From Verrucomicrobiota bacterium (GTDB lineage Bacteria > Verrucomicrobiota > Verrucomicrobiia > Opitutales > Coraliomargaritaceae), in contig JBCDCC010000001.1 in the NCBI GenBank assembly GCA_039182435.1, forward strand, positions 1 to 46,195: a stretch of DNA of 46,195 bases, read 5' to 3'. Below, piece after piece: positions 19,713 to 29,371 of this stretch. Below the pieces are notes generated by a model, which was given only the letters and a program-made list of their open reading frames with translations, was not told where the DNA came from and made no database searches. Within the stretch, counting starts at the first letter, position 1. Every line of letters starts with the position of its first letter. Position numbers and translations under genes: made by a program.

Positions 19713-20038
19713 GTAAGACAACGTAATACATGGAGCTTGATTGTCAAACTTCAAGGTTCGGATTCTTGAAAGCCTGCGTGGTTGCCAATGCCCGCAAGCT
19801 TCGGGCGATCTATCAGAACGATCGCAAGTGCGAAACTTTCTGGACATTACCCTAGACGAATTAACATCCAGCATAGACTCGTCTGCCAGGTCTAGGAAGC
19901 AGAGGAAGTAGTCAATGTCTTACATATGTGGGCACACTACAGCGAATAAAGTGTGTGCTGACGCATAATCTTCTTCGATCCTTAGGTTTATATCCGAGCC
20001 TCGAAAGAGGCCTGAGAGCAGCCAGAACTCTTCGAATT

Positions 20039-20872
20039 CTAAGGCAGCCAAGGGTATTTTTTGAACTCGGGAGCGCGTTTTTCGTTCCAGGCTTTGCGGC
20101 CTTCCTCGCCCTCTTCGGTCAGATAGTAAAGCAGCGTCGCATTGCCCGCCAGTTCTTGCAGCCCCTGCTGACCATCGACATCCGCATTAAAGGCAGCCTT
20201 GAGACAGCGGATCGAGAGCGGGCTGTGTTGGAGAATCTCCCGAGCCCACTGGACTCCTTCGGTTTCCAAAGACTCGTAGGGCACCACTTTATTGACCAGG
20301 CCCATTTCGAGCGCCTCTTCTGCGTTATACTGGCGGCAGAGATACCAAATCTCGCGGGCCTTCTTTTGCCCGACGATCCGAGCCAGATAGCTGGAGCCGA
20401 AGCCGCCATCGAAGCTACCGACCTTCGGTCCGGTCTGCCCGAAGATCGCATTATCCGCCGCGATTGTCATGTCGCAGACCACGTGCAACACGTGGCCTCC
20501 ACCGATCGCGTAGCCCGCAACCAGCGCGATCACCACCTTCGGCATTGAGCGGATCAACTTCTGCAGATCGAGCACGTTAAGACGCGGCACACCATCCTTA
20601 CCCAGATAGCCGCCACGCTTCTCGCCACGGATCTTCTGATCGCCACCCGCGCAGAAGGCAAACTTGCCATCGGTCTGAGGGTTAAAGCCCGTCAGCAAAA
20701 CCACTCCAATCGAGCTGTCTTCGCGCGCATCGGTGAAGGCCTCGATCATCTCGGCCACCGTATCCGGCGTAAACGCATTGCGACGGTGCGGGCGATTGAT
20801 CGTCACCTTAGCGATGCCATCGCACTTCTCGTAAAGGATCTCTTCGAACTCTCGGACTGTCTGCCAATTCAT
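20039..20872 (-). CDS. menB: 1,4-dihydroxy-2-naphthoyl-CoA synthase
   Basis: Start taken at [16 protein letters not shown]. The crotonase fold carries MenB-specific stretches: [28 protein letters not shown] and [22 protein letters not shown]. Confidence 0.95.
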   Translation of the reverse strand: MNWQTVREFEEILYEKCDGIAKVTINRPHRRNAFTPDTVAEMIEAFTDAREDSSIGVVLLTGFNPQTDGKFAFCAGGDQKIRGEKRGGYLGKDGVPRLNVLDLQKLIRSMPKVVIALVAGYAIGGGHVLHVVCDMTIAADNAIFGQTGPKVGSFDGGFGSSYLARIVGQKKAREIWYLCRQYNAEEALEMGLVNKVVPYESLETEGVQWAREILQHSPLSIRCLKAAFNADVDGQQGLQELAGNATLLYYLTEEGEEGRKAWNEKRAPEFKKYPWLP

Positions 20873-20944
20873 AGTGAAGAATAGAACGCAATTTTCGGGC
20901 AAGACAACTGTCTTGCGGGCTTCCCTTTCAAAGACGCGCCGCCT

Positions 20945-22063
<1,119 letters not shown>

Positions 22064-22192
22064 TCAGGAGTTAGGAGACAGACGACAGGAGGTAGAAGAT
22101 TTAAAATCGACTTTTCACGACTCAGAACAAAACCGCGGCCATGAGAAATTCCATTGCCAGCCACTCCGCTTAGCGTCTTCGTGATTCCTTTG

Positions 22193-22666
22193 ATGAGTCT
22201 CGACAGTCCCAGTATAGAAGGAATCAGCGGTCACGGCGTTCGCGTCGGGATTATTGCAGCGCGCTTTAATCAAACGCTCGTCGACTCACTCCTCGATCAT
22301 GCAATCGAGACGCTGATCAATGCGGGTGCCGAGACCCCCTCGGTCGAACGTGTCCCCGGCTCAGCAGAGCTGCCCTACGCCGCAGCCACTTTAGCGGAGA
22401 GCAAGCAGTTCGATGTAATCATTGCGATCGGCGTCGTTATCGCAGGCGACACCAACCACCATAATTTAATCGGCGATAGCACCGCCATCGCCTTGCAGGA
22501 TATCTCAATTCAAAATAAGGTGCCCATCATCAACGGTATCCTCATCGTCAACAACATCGAACAAGCCCAAGCTCGAGCTGGCACCGAAATCAACCGGGGC
22601 CGCGAGTTCGCGGCCGCCGCGCTGGAGATGGCACAATTTCAATTAAAATGGACGAAGACGAAGTAA
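22193..22666 (+). CDS. ribH: 6,7-dimethyl-8-ribityllumazine synthase
   Basis: Start taken at the internal ATG (MSLDSPSIEG...). It shows VRVGIIAARFNQ..VD.L, VPGSAELP and the lumazine synthase core. It lies directly upstream of nusB, the conserved ribH-nusB pair. Confidence 0.9.
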   Translation: MSLDSPSIEGISGHGVRVGIIAARFNQTLVDSLLDHAIETLINAGAETPSVERVPGSAELPYAAATLAESKQFDVIIAIGVVIAGDTNHHNLIGDSTAIALQDISIQNKVPIINGILIVNNIEQAQARAGTEINRGREFAAAALEMAQFQLKWTKTK

Positions 22667-23106
22667 AACCACGCCGCTCGCAGCGCCGAGAAAACCGCAT
22701 GGCTGCGGTCCAGTTTCTCTATCAATGGGAGGTCAACCGTCCCGACGTGCTCGCAGACGCCGTAGCACAGTTCTTCGAAAGCCGTGAAGAAGGTCGTGAT
22801 TATTATGCCTTCGGCGAAGAGCTCGCCAATGGTGCCATAGAGCAAATCGAGGTGCTGGATAAACAAATCCTTGAGCACGCCAGAAATTGGTCCTTCGACC
22901 GCATTGCAAAAGTAGATCTCTCGATCCTGCGACTCGCCATCTACGAGCTACTCTTCCGCACCGACATTCCGCCCATCGTCAGTATCAATGAAGCCATCGA
23001 TCTAGGTAAGGTCTTCTCCAACCCAGACTCAAAACGCTTTATCAACGGTATCCTCGATCAGATGAAGAACAGGATCGACCGACCGCTCCGCAAAGCACTC
23101 GACTAG
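22648..23106 (+). CDS. nusB: transcription antitermination factor NusB
   Basis: 152 aa with RRSQRRENRMAAVQFLYQWE and DRIAKVDLSILRLAIYELLFRTDIPPIVSINEAIDLGK. It overlaps the ribH 3-prime end by 19 nt. Confidence 0.9.
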   Translation: MDEDEVKPRRSQRRENRMAAVQFLYQWEVNRPDVLADAVAQFFESREEGRDYYAFGEELANGAIEQIEVLDKQILEHARNWSFDRIAKVDLSILRLAIYELLFRTDIPPIVSINEAIDLGKVFSNPDSKRFINGILDQMKNRIDRPLRKALD

Positions 23107-23127
23107 AAGAAACACTACTTCCTCCTC

Positions 23128-24054
23128 ATGCGTAGTCTCTTTAAAAAGTTCAAAGATGGGCTCAAGCGTCAGGCACCCGCATTTCATAAAGCATTCGGCA
23201 ACATTTTCTCCGGAGCGAAGCTCGACCAAGGCGCGCTCGATGAACTCGAAGAAGCCCTCTACACCGCAGACTTCGGGGTGGAGACGGTTGAGGAAATCCT
23301 CGATGAGATTCAAGCCGCCTACAAAGCGGATAAATCCATCCGTAGTGAAGACGCCGCCCGCATCGGAGCCACCGTGCTGACTCGTGTGCTCGAAGGCGCT
23401 GAAGGCCGAGTCGCTATTGGCACCAATCAGCCAGAAGTCGTCTGCCTAATCGGTGTGAACGGCGCGGGCAAAACAACCACCTCGGCGAAGCTCAGCTACC
23501 TGTATCAGAATGAAGGATACAAAGTGCTGCTTGGCGCTTGCGACACCTTCCGTGCGGCAGCCAATGAACAAATCAACCACTGGGCGGAGCGACTACAGAT
23601 CGACATTGTCTCCAGCCAACACGGAGCCGATTCCGCCGCTGTCGCCTTTGACGCCCTCGCCGCTGCGAAGAGCCGCGGTCGCGACATGGTCATCCTCGAT
23701 ACCGCTGGCCGACTCCACACCAAGAGCAACCTGATGAAGGAGCTCGAGAAATTAGAGCGCGTGATCAAGAAGCAGGACCCATCCGCTCCTCACCACAGCT
23801 GGCTCGTCGTCGATGGCAGCCTCGGCTCCAACTCCATCGAGCAAGCTCGCGTCTTCAACCAAAGCTTCCCACTGACCGGCCTGATTATCACGAAGCTAGA
23901 CGGCACCAGCCGCGGCGGCGCGCTCGTCGGGATCTATCGTGAATTGAAACTCCCGATCTACTTTGTCGGACTCGGTGAGCAACCAGAAGACTTGCAGCCC
24001 TTCTCCGCCAGCGGCTACGCTAACGCCATCTTTGGAATCAGCGAATCAGAATGA
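23128..24054 (+). CDS. ftsY: signal recognition particle receptor FtsY
   Basis: 308 aa. A short amphipathic N-terminus is followed by the NG domain, with GTPase motifs GVNGAGKTTT, DTAGR and TKLDGT. Confidence 0.95.
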   Translation: MRSLFKKFKDGLKRQAPAFHKAFGNIFSGAKLDQGALDELEEALYTADFGVETVEEILDEIQAAYKADKSIRSEDAARIGATVLTRVLEGAEGRVAIGTNQPEVVCLIGVNGAGKTTTSAKLSYLYQNEGYKVLLGACDTFRAAANEQINHWAERLQIDIVSSQHGADSAAVAFDALAAAKSRGRDMVILDTAGRLHTKSNLMKELEKLERVIKKQDPSAPHHSWLVVDGSLGSNSIEQARVFNQSFPLTGLIITKLDGTSRGGALVGIYRELKLPIYFVGLGEQPEDLQPFSASGYANAIFGISESE

Positions 24055-25142
24055 TCAAGCCCCTCACAGTTGAGCTCGGAGACCGCAGCTACCCCATTCA
24101 CTTTAGCAATAGCCTCGAGGCACTCCGCACGGACATCCGAGCACTCCGCGCCTCCGGCAAGAGCCTGCGCACCCTTGCCGATAAAGGTGCCCTCCAGGCA
24201 CAGCCGGATTACCTCACACGTGCCGGCTTTACAGAGGATGAAATCCTCGTGCTCCCTGCGGGCGAGCCCACCAAGTCACTCCAGTATCTCGGTGAGGCCC
24301 TCAGCTTTCTCGCCCAAGGAGCCCTCAACCGCGACAGCTCCGTCTTTGCTTTTGGCGGGGGCGTGACCGGAGATCTCGCTGGTTACACTGCTGCCAGCTA
24401 CCTGCGCGGCATCGATTTCTACCAAATTCCCACCACCCTGCTCTCGATGGTGGATAGCTCGGTCGGTGGTAAAACCGGTATCAACCTACCCGAAGGCAAA
24501 AACCTCGTCGGCGCCTTCTGGCAGCCACAAGCCGTCTACATCGAGACCGCACTCTTGCAAACCCTGAGCCCGAGGGAGTTCGCCGCGGGCATGGCTGAGG
24601 TGATTAAATATGGCATGCTCGCAGATCTCTCGCTCTTTGAGGAGCTGGAAGACTTGGAGCAACTCGACGCTCACTCAGACGCACTCAGCGGCATCGTCCG
24701 CCAATGCTGCGCCCTGAAGGCGAGAATCGTAGCAGAGGACGAAAAAGAAACTGCGAGCTCCGGTGGACGCGCCCTCCTCAACTTAGGTCATACCTTTGCC
24801 CACGCAATTGAGAACGTCGCTGGCTACGGTGACTACCTCCACGGTGAGGCCGTCGCTATCGGCCTCAAGATGGCGGCCCAACTCTCAGTTGAGTTGAGCC
24901 AGATCGACGCCTCGACCATTCAGCGAGTCGAAGCCATCCTCGCAAAGTTCGCCCTACCTGTGGCCCTGAAGTCACCACTCCCAGTCGAAGCGCTCGTCCA
25001 GGCGATGACCAAGGATAAAAAGAACCGGAGCGGCAAAATTCGCTTCGTCTCGATGCAAGCGCTCGGCAAAGCCGTGACGACCGAAGGCATCGAGACGAAA
25101 CTGATCGAGCAGATTTTGATCGACGGCGGAGCCAACCGATAG
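24051..25142 (+). CDS. aroB: 3-dehydroquinate synthase
   Basis: 363 aa with GGGVTGDLAGYTAASYLRGIDFYQIPTTLLSMVDSSVGGKTGINLPEGKNLVGAFWQP and LNLGHTFAHAIE. The start overlaps the ftsY stop by 4 nt. Confidence 0.95.
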   Translation: MIKPLTVELGDRSYPIHFSNSLEALRTDIRALRASGKSLRTLADKGALQAQPDYLTRAGFTEDEILVLPAGEPTKSLQYLGEALSFLAQGALNRDSSVFAFGGGVTGDLAGYTAASYLRGIDFYQIPTTLLSMVDSSVGGKTGINLPEGKNLVGAFWQPQAVYIETALLQTLSPREFAAGMAEVIKYGMLADLSLFEELEDLEQLDAHSDALSGIVRQCCALKARIVAEDEKETASSGGRALLNLGHTFAHAIENVAGYGDYLHGEAVAIGLKMAAQLSVELSQIDASTIQRVEAILAKFALPVALKSPLPVEALVQAMTKDKKNRSGKIRFVSMQALGKAVTTEGIETKLIEQILIDGGANR

Positions 25143-25168
25143 CAGCCCCCCGCTGAGGACTAATTCGA

Positions 25169-26659
25169 TTACTCCTCGATATTAACGATCACAAATCCGG
25201 CACGCCCAGCCGCCCACACGTAGAGGCGGTTTTGCCCCTCAATCAGACTGGCTTTCACATCTTCTGGAGTCGTGGTCTCACGACCGTTGACTTCGAGAAC
25301 AAGCATCGGGCGAGCGAGCTTACCAAAGTAAGGCGAATCCTCCGCCACTTCGCTGATGACCACTCCGTCCACTTCATCGGGCAATGAGAGCTCCGCACGG
25401 AGGCTATCGCTCAGCGATTTCAGCTCGACTCCTTCGAGAATGTTCTGCCTCAATGACGACGAAGCCACTTTACCACTCAAACTCCCTAAGACGACGGTAA
25501 CCGTCTTCATTTCTCCGTTCCGTATAAGCATGACCTCAACTTCGCGACCGGGGATCATCTGAGAGACCGTCAACCGTAGTTGCGGAGCGGATACAATCTC
25601 TACATCATCTATCTGAACGATAATATCGCCATGCTTGATGCCCCCTTGCTCCGCTGGTGAGCCAGGCTGGACCTGATTGACCAAGGCTCCTTTCGTCGAT
25701 TCCAAGCCAAAGGCTTCCGCCAGCTCTTGAGTGAGATTTTCAGGAAAGAGACCCAGCAAGCCACGCGGCACTTCACCGGACTCAATCAGATTCGTCATCA
25801 CATTACGCACTAGGTTCATTGGAATCGCAAAACCAATCCCGATGCTACCGCCGGTGCCGGAGACAATCGCGGTGTTAATCCCGATCAGGCGGCCCCATGC
25901 ATCAATCAAAGCGCCACCCGAATTGCCCAAATTAATCGAAGCATCTGTCTGGATGAAATCTTCGTAGGAGCCATTGCCCAAAATCCCGAGTGAATTGCGC
26001 CCCGTAGCCGAGACGATGCCCTGCGTCGCCGTGAGACCAACCGAAAGAGGGTTCCCTATCGCAAAGACGATATCCCCCACTCGAAGGTTACTGCTATCCG
26101 CAATTGTGATCGCATGTAATGCTTCCTCGGCTTCGATCTTAAGAACCGCGACATCCGTCTTTTGATCGGAGCCAATCAACTCGGCGACATATTCCGCACC
26201 ATCCCCTAAACGAACGCGAATCTCATCAACCATCCCGCCACGCTCGTCGACAATGACATGGTGATTTGTCAAAACGTATCCATCTTTGGATACGATCACA
26301 CCCGAACCCGCGCCAATCTGCAGCTTACGCTCTCTCGTGCTCGGTTCGGGCTGAGGCTCGACATTCGGCACAGGTAGACCGAATTGGCGAAAAATCTCTG
26401 GGATATTCTGCTGCCCTCTCGTGTTGCTGATCTTAACGAATCTTGAGGTATAAACGGCCACCACAGACGGTGTCGCCCGCTCAAGAATATCAGCGTAAGA
26501 GACCGCCGGTTGTCCCTTGGCTGCGGCGATCGGCTTGAGGTCCAGCTCTAGATGAACGGGGGCCGCATTCTTGTCCGCCGAGAGAAGCCCAGCAAAGAAG
26601 ATGAAAGTAGATACGAAAATGGAAGAGATTTTCATAGTATGCATTGAAACGAATGACAT
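25169..26659 (-). CDS. degP: periplasmic serine endoprotease, DegP/HtrA (Do) family, two PDZ domains
   Basis: 496 aa. The catalytic triad contexts are TNHHVI, DVAVLKI and GNSGGAL, followed by two PDZ-like segments. The true start may be the third in-frame ATG at 26635 (MKISSIFVSTFIFFAGLLSA signal peptide). Confidence 0.9.
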   Translation of the reverse strand: MSFVSMHTMKISSIFVSTFIFFAGLLSADKNAAPVHLELDLKPIAAAKGQPAVSYADILERATPSVVAVYTSRFVKISNTRGQQNIPEIFRQFGLPVPNVEPQPEPSTRERKLQIGAGSGVIVSKDGYVLTNHHVIVDERGGMVDEIRVRLGDGAEYVAELIGSDQKTDVAVLKIEAEEALHAITIADSSNLRVGDIVFAIGNPLSVGLTATQGIVSATGRNSLGILGNGSYEDFIQTDASINLGNSGGALIDAWGRLIGINTAIVSGTGGSIGIGFAIPMNLVRNVMTNLIESGEVPRGLLGLFPENLTQELAEAFGLESTKGALVNQVQPGSPAEQGGIKHGDIIVQIDDVEIVSAPQLRLTVSQMIPGREVEVMLIRNGEMKTVTVVLGSLSGKVASSSLRQNILEGVELKSLSDSLRAELSLPDEVDGVVISEVAEDSPYFGKLARPMLVLEVNGRETTTPEDVKASLIEGQNRLYVWAAGRAGFVIVNIEE

Positions 26660-26700
26660 AGAAATCGACTTACAGTTCCCGAAGGAAATAGAGACGTTTT

Positions 26701-27648
26701 CTAGAACCCTTTAATCTCAAAGAGACCAGTCACACTCGTGTTGTAGTGAATGCGCTTGATGCCCTCTCCGAGCAGTGCAGCCACACTCAAGACGGTGATC
26801 GGCACTCCGTCACGCTTCTGCACTGGTGTGGTGTCGGTCGTGATCAACTGATCGAGCAGACCTTGTGAAAGGCGCTCATAACCCAGATCGTTGAGGACTC
26901 CGTGACTGACCGCGGCCATCACGCTCTTCGCTCCATTCTTTTTAAGCAAGTCCGCGGCGGCGCAGAGCGTGCCAGCGGTTTCCGTCATATCGTCGATCAA
27001 GAGCACGTCGCGGCCCTCAGTTTCACCAACCAGCGAAACCGCCTCCACGGTCTCTGCAGAGGTGCGTCGTTTCGCGATAAAACCAAGCGGCACGTCCAGC
27101 ATGCTCGCGTAGGCCGAAGCCATCTTCATCCCGCCAACGTCGGGCGAGAAGAGAGTCAAATTATCGGTGTTTATATTTTTGAGATACTCAAAGAGCACCG
27201 GCGAGGCGTAGAGATGGTCGACTGGTATATCAAAGAAACCCTGAATTTGCTGGGCGTGCAGATCCACCGTGAGCACCCGTCCTGCCCCAGACGAGACAAG
27301 TAGATTGGCCACCAGCTTCGAGGTAATCGGCACACGCGGCTGATCTTTACGATCCTGACGGGCATAGCCGTAAAACGGAATCACCGCGGTGATACGATTG
27401 GCGGAGGCGCGTCTCGCCGCATCGATCATGATGAAGAGCTCCATCAGATTCTGATTCGCAGGATTGCAGGTGGACTGGATGATGAAGACATCAGCGCCAC
27501 GAATGTTCTCGTTGATGCGGACGAAGCTCTCGCCATCAGGAAAGCTCTCGACGGTGGCCTCGCCTAAGGGCACGCCGAGATAATCGCAGATTTCTTTGGC
27601 CAGTGCCGGATTCGAGTTACCGCAGAAGATTTTCAGTGGGCTATCCAT
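26701..27648 (-). CDS. prs: ribose-phosphate pyrophosphokinase
   Basis: 315 aa with LKIFCGNSNP.LA, YARQDRK and the PRPP-binding loop VLLIDDMTETAGTL. Confidence 0.95.
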   Translation of the reverse strand: MDSPLKIFCGNSNPALAKEICDYLGVPLGEATVESFPDGESFVRINENIRGADVFIIQSTCNPANQNLMELFIMIDAARRASANRITAVIPFYGYARQDRKDQPRVPITSKLVANLLVSSGAGRVLTVDLHAQQIQGFFDIPVDHLYASPVLFEYLKNINTDNLTLFSPDVGGMKMASAYASMLDVPLGFIAKRRTSAETVEAVSLVGETEGRDVLLIDDMTETAGTLCAAADLLKKNGAKSVMAAVSHGVLNDLGYERLSQGLLDQLITTDTTPVQKRDGVPITVLSVAALLGEGIKRIHYNTSVTGLFEIKGF

Positions 27649-27653
27649 AAAAG

Positions 27654-28715
27654 TTACGATTTGGTGTCGCTTGTGGGAAGAGAGGCAACCGTTTTTTCCA
27701 GTTGATCAAATCTTTTGAAGAGATCCGGCAGACGGCGTTGTAAAACGGAGATCCGATTAAAGAGCAGCATCGGCTCCGCCGGATAGCCACGGACTTTTTC
27801 CTTGGGCTTCAAGGATCGCGTCACTGCAGCGCCTCCGGCAAGCATCGCGCCAGAACCAATCTCCAGATGTCCGGCGATTCCAGCCTGTCCGGCGACAATC
27901 ACACCGTCGCCCAACGTCGTGCTCCCGCTGATTCCCGCCTGTGCGATGATCAGGCAATGCTTCCCAGTCCGCACGTTGTGCGCGATCTGGACAAGATTAT
28001 CTACTTTGGTCCCGTCACCAATGTAGGTGGAGCCGAAACGTGCCCGGTCTATGGTCGAGTTTGCGCCGATATCGACGTCCGAACCTGTAATCACATTGCC
28101 GATCTGCGGCACTCGTTGGTGAGCGCCTTCATGAAATTCGTAGCCATAGCCATCCGAACCAAGGACCGCCCCTGCTTGGATACGGTTTCTCAGCCCGACG
28201 ATGCAATAGGCCCCCAAGGAAACGCCGGCGAAGAGATGAGAGCCATCGCCGACCTTGGCATTGGCGCCAATCGTGACGCGTGACTCGAGGACAGCCTCTC
28301 CAACTTCAGCGCCAGCCGAGACATAACAAAGTGGCCCAATGACAGCCTTCGGCGAGAGAGTGGCACCTTCTTCAATCACCGCAGACGGGTGGACTCCCGG
28401 CTTCGGCTTCGGCCAAAGTGACTGCTCCATGTCTCGGCAGAGCAGTGCCAAGGCGAAGGAGGGATTTTCCAATTTGATCACAAGCTGCCCTTCATGCTGC
28501 GGGCCAAGATCACAGTCGCTGGGCAAAAGCAGGACCGATGCGGCGCAACCATCGACTTCCGACCGGTATTTCGGATTACCGAGAAAGGAAAGGTCCCCCT
28601 CCTTCGCTTCCGAGAGCGAGGCAATTCCAGAAATCAGTCCGCTGTATACGCCGTGCGTTCGCGCATCAGCCCCAAGGATTTCGAGGATTCGTTCCGTAGA
28701 GTAAGCGAAAGACAT
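27654..28715 (-). CDS. lpxD: UDP-3-O-acylglucosamine N-acyltransferase
   Basis: 353 aa. It has the LpxD N-terminal domain (GDLSFLGNPKY), left-handed beta-helix hexapeptide repeats, the catalytic-His context DNLVQIAHNV and a C-terminal helix. It sits in the conserved bamA-skp-lpxD context. Confidence 0.95.
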   Translation of the reverse strand: MSFAYSTERILEILGADARTHGVYSGLISGIASLSEAKEGDLSFLGNPKYRSEVDGCAASVLLLPSDCDLGPQHEGQLVIKLENPSFALALLCRDMEQSLWPKPKPGVHPSAVIEEGATLSPKAVIGPLCYVSAGAEVGEAVLESRVTIGANAKVGDGSHLFAGVSLGAYCIVGLRNRIQAGAVLGSDGYGYEFHEGAHQRVPQIGNVITGSDVDIGANSTIDRARFGSTYIGDGTKVDNLVQIAHNVRTGKHCLIIAQAGISGSTTLGDGVIVAGQAGIAGHLEIGSGAMLAGGAAVTRSLKPKEKVRGYPAEPMLLFNRISVLQRRLPDLFKRFDQLEKTVASLPTSDTKS

Positions 28716-28721
28716 TGAAAC

Positions 28722-28763
28722 TTAGAAAACAAGAAACCCTGTCCTAGGCGAGAACAGGGTTTC
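28722..28763 (-). terminator. terminator-like hairpin between skp and lpxD
   Basis: On the minus strand, GAAACCCTGT-(11-nt loop)-ACAGGGTTTC forms a 10-bp perfect stem (28733-28742 / 28754-28763), followed by TTGTTTTCT. The hairpin lies 22 nt after the skp stop, and its base is only 17 nt upstream of the lpxD ATG. Confidence 0.55.
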
Positions 28764-28785
28764 GAAAAAGAATGAAAGATTTGGC

Positions 28786-29325
28786 TTACTCTGCGTTGAG
28801 CACTGCAATCACCGCGTCTGTTATCTCCAGAGACTCATCGGCATAAACCACGCCGTTGAGCGGCACGACGACGTCGATACCCTTATCGATTGCAACAGTC
28901 TTCACCGCTTCGAGGGCTTTCTGTTGGAGGGGAGCCATGTCTTCTTGCTGGCCCTTTTGAGCGAGCTGCTGTGCTTGTTGGCGAAATTGGTTGATCTTCA
29001 CTTGCTCTTCTTGGAGTTGCTTCTGCAGCGTCGTCACAGTGCTTTGTGCTTCAGAGCGCGCTTCTTCACTGGCAGCTGGATTCGCAGCAAGCTCTTGAGC
29101 CTTCTGGCCCTCAGTGACTATATTCTGCACGTTCGCTTGCATCCGCTTGATCTCTTCTTCAACCGGAGCGACGGAGCCACGGACTTTTTCGACCGCAGAT
29201 TGGAAAGCGGCGTATTCAGCCAGCACGCGCTGCACGTTCACGGTGGCCATGATCGGTGTCTTTTGAGCAAGGAGGCCCGCGGCGACAAAGAAAGATACGA
29301 GAATAAGGGATAATGACTTTTTCAT
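28786..29325 (-). CDS. skp: periplasmic chaperone Skp (OmpH family)
   Basis: 179 aa with a signal peptide, then a long Gln/Glu/Ala-rich coiled-coil typical of OmpH/Skp. It lies between bamA and lpxD. Confidence 0.85.
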   Translation of the reverse strand: MKKSLSLILVSFFVAAGLLAQKTPIMATVNVQRVLAEYAAFQSAVEKVRGSVAPVEEEIKRMQANVQNIVTEGQKAQELAANPAASEEARSEAQSTVTTLQKQLQEEQVKINQFRQQAQQLAQKGQQEDMAPLQQKALEAVKTVAIDKGIDVVVPLNGVVYADESLEITDAVIAVLNAE

Positions 29326-29371
29326 AGTTTTAAGGCTGGATGGTGTGATCTAAATTGAGGTTTTATGCGAG

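Noticed and set aside
19755-19765. GGTTCGGATTC, which resembles a tRNA T-arm (GGTTCGAATCC), near the TA cassette. It was considered as a tRNA or tRNA-fragment integration site.
   Set aside because: The flanking sequence cannot be folded into acceptor, D and anticodon arms, and the T-stem complement is absent.
19033-19866. An 8-bp inverted repeat (TGTTAATT at 19033-19040 / AATTAACA at 19859-19866) flanking the toxin-antitoxin cassette, considered as possible mobile-element ends.
   Set aside because: By my rough estimate, about one 8-mer match of this kind is expected by chance between the two flanks. There is no transposase and no target-site duplication.
19713-19874. A 54-codon N-terminal extension of the RHH antitoxin ORF (MLDVNSSRVMSRKFRTCDRS...). 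It includes a possible TTGACA (19742-19747, minus strand) / TATTAC (19723-19728) promoter-like pair.
   Set aside because: RHH antitoxins begin with the beta-strand, which here starts at the GTG at 19712, and the extension has no recognisable fold. The putative -35/-10 spacing is only 13 nt, so I do not call a promoter.
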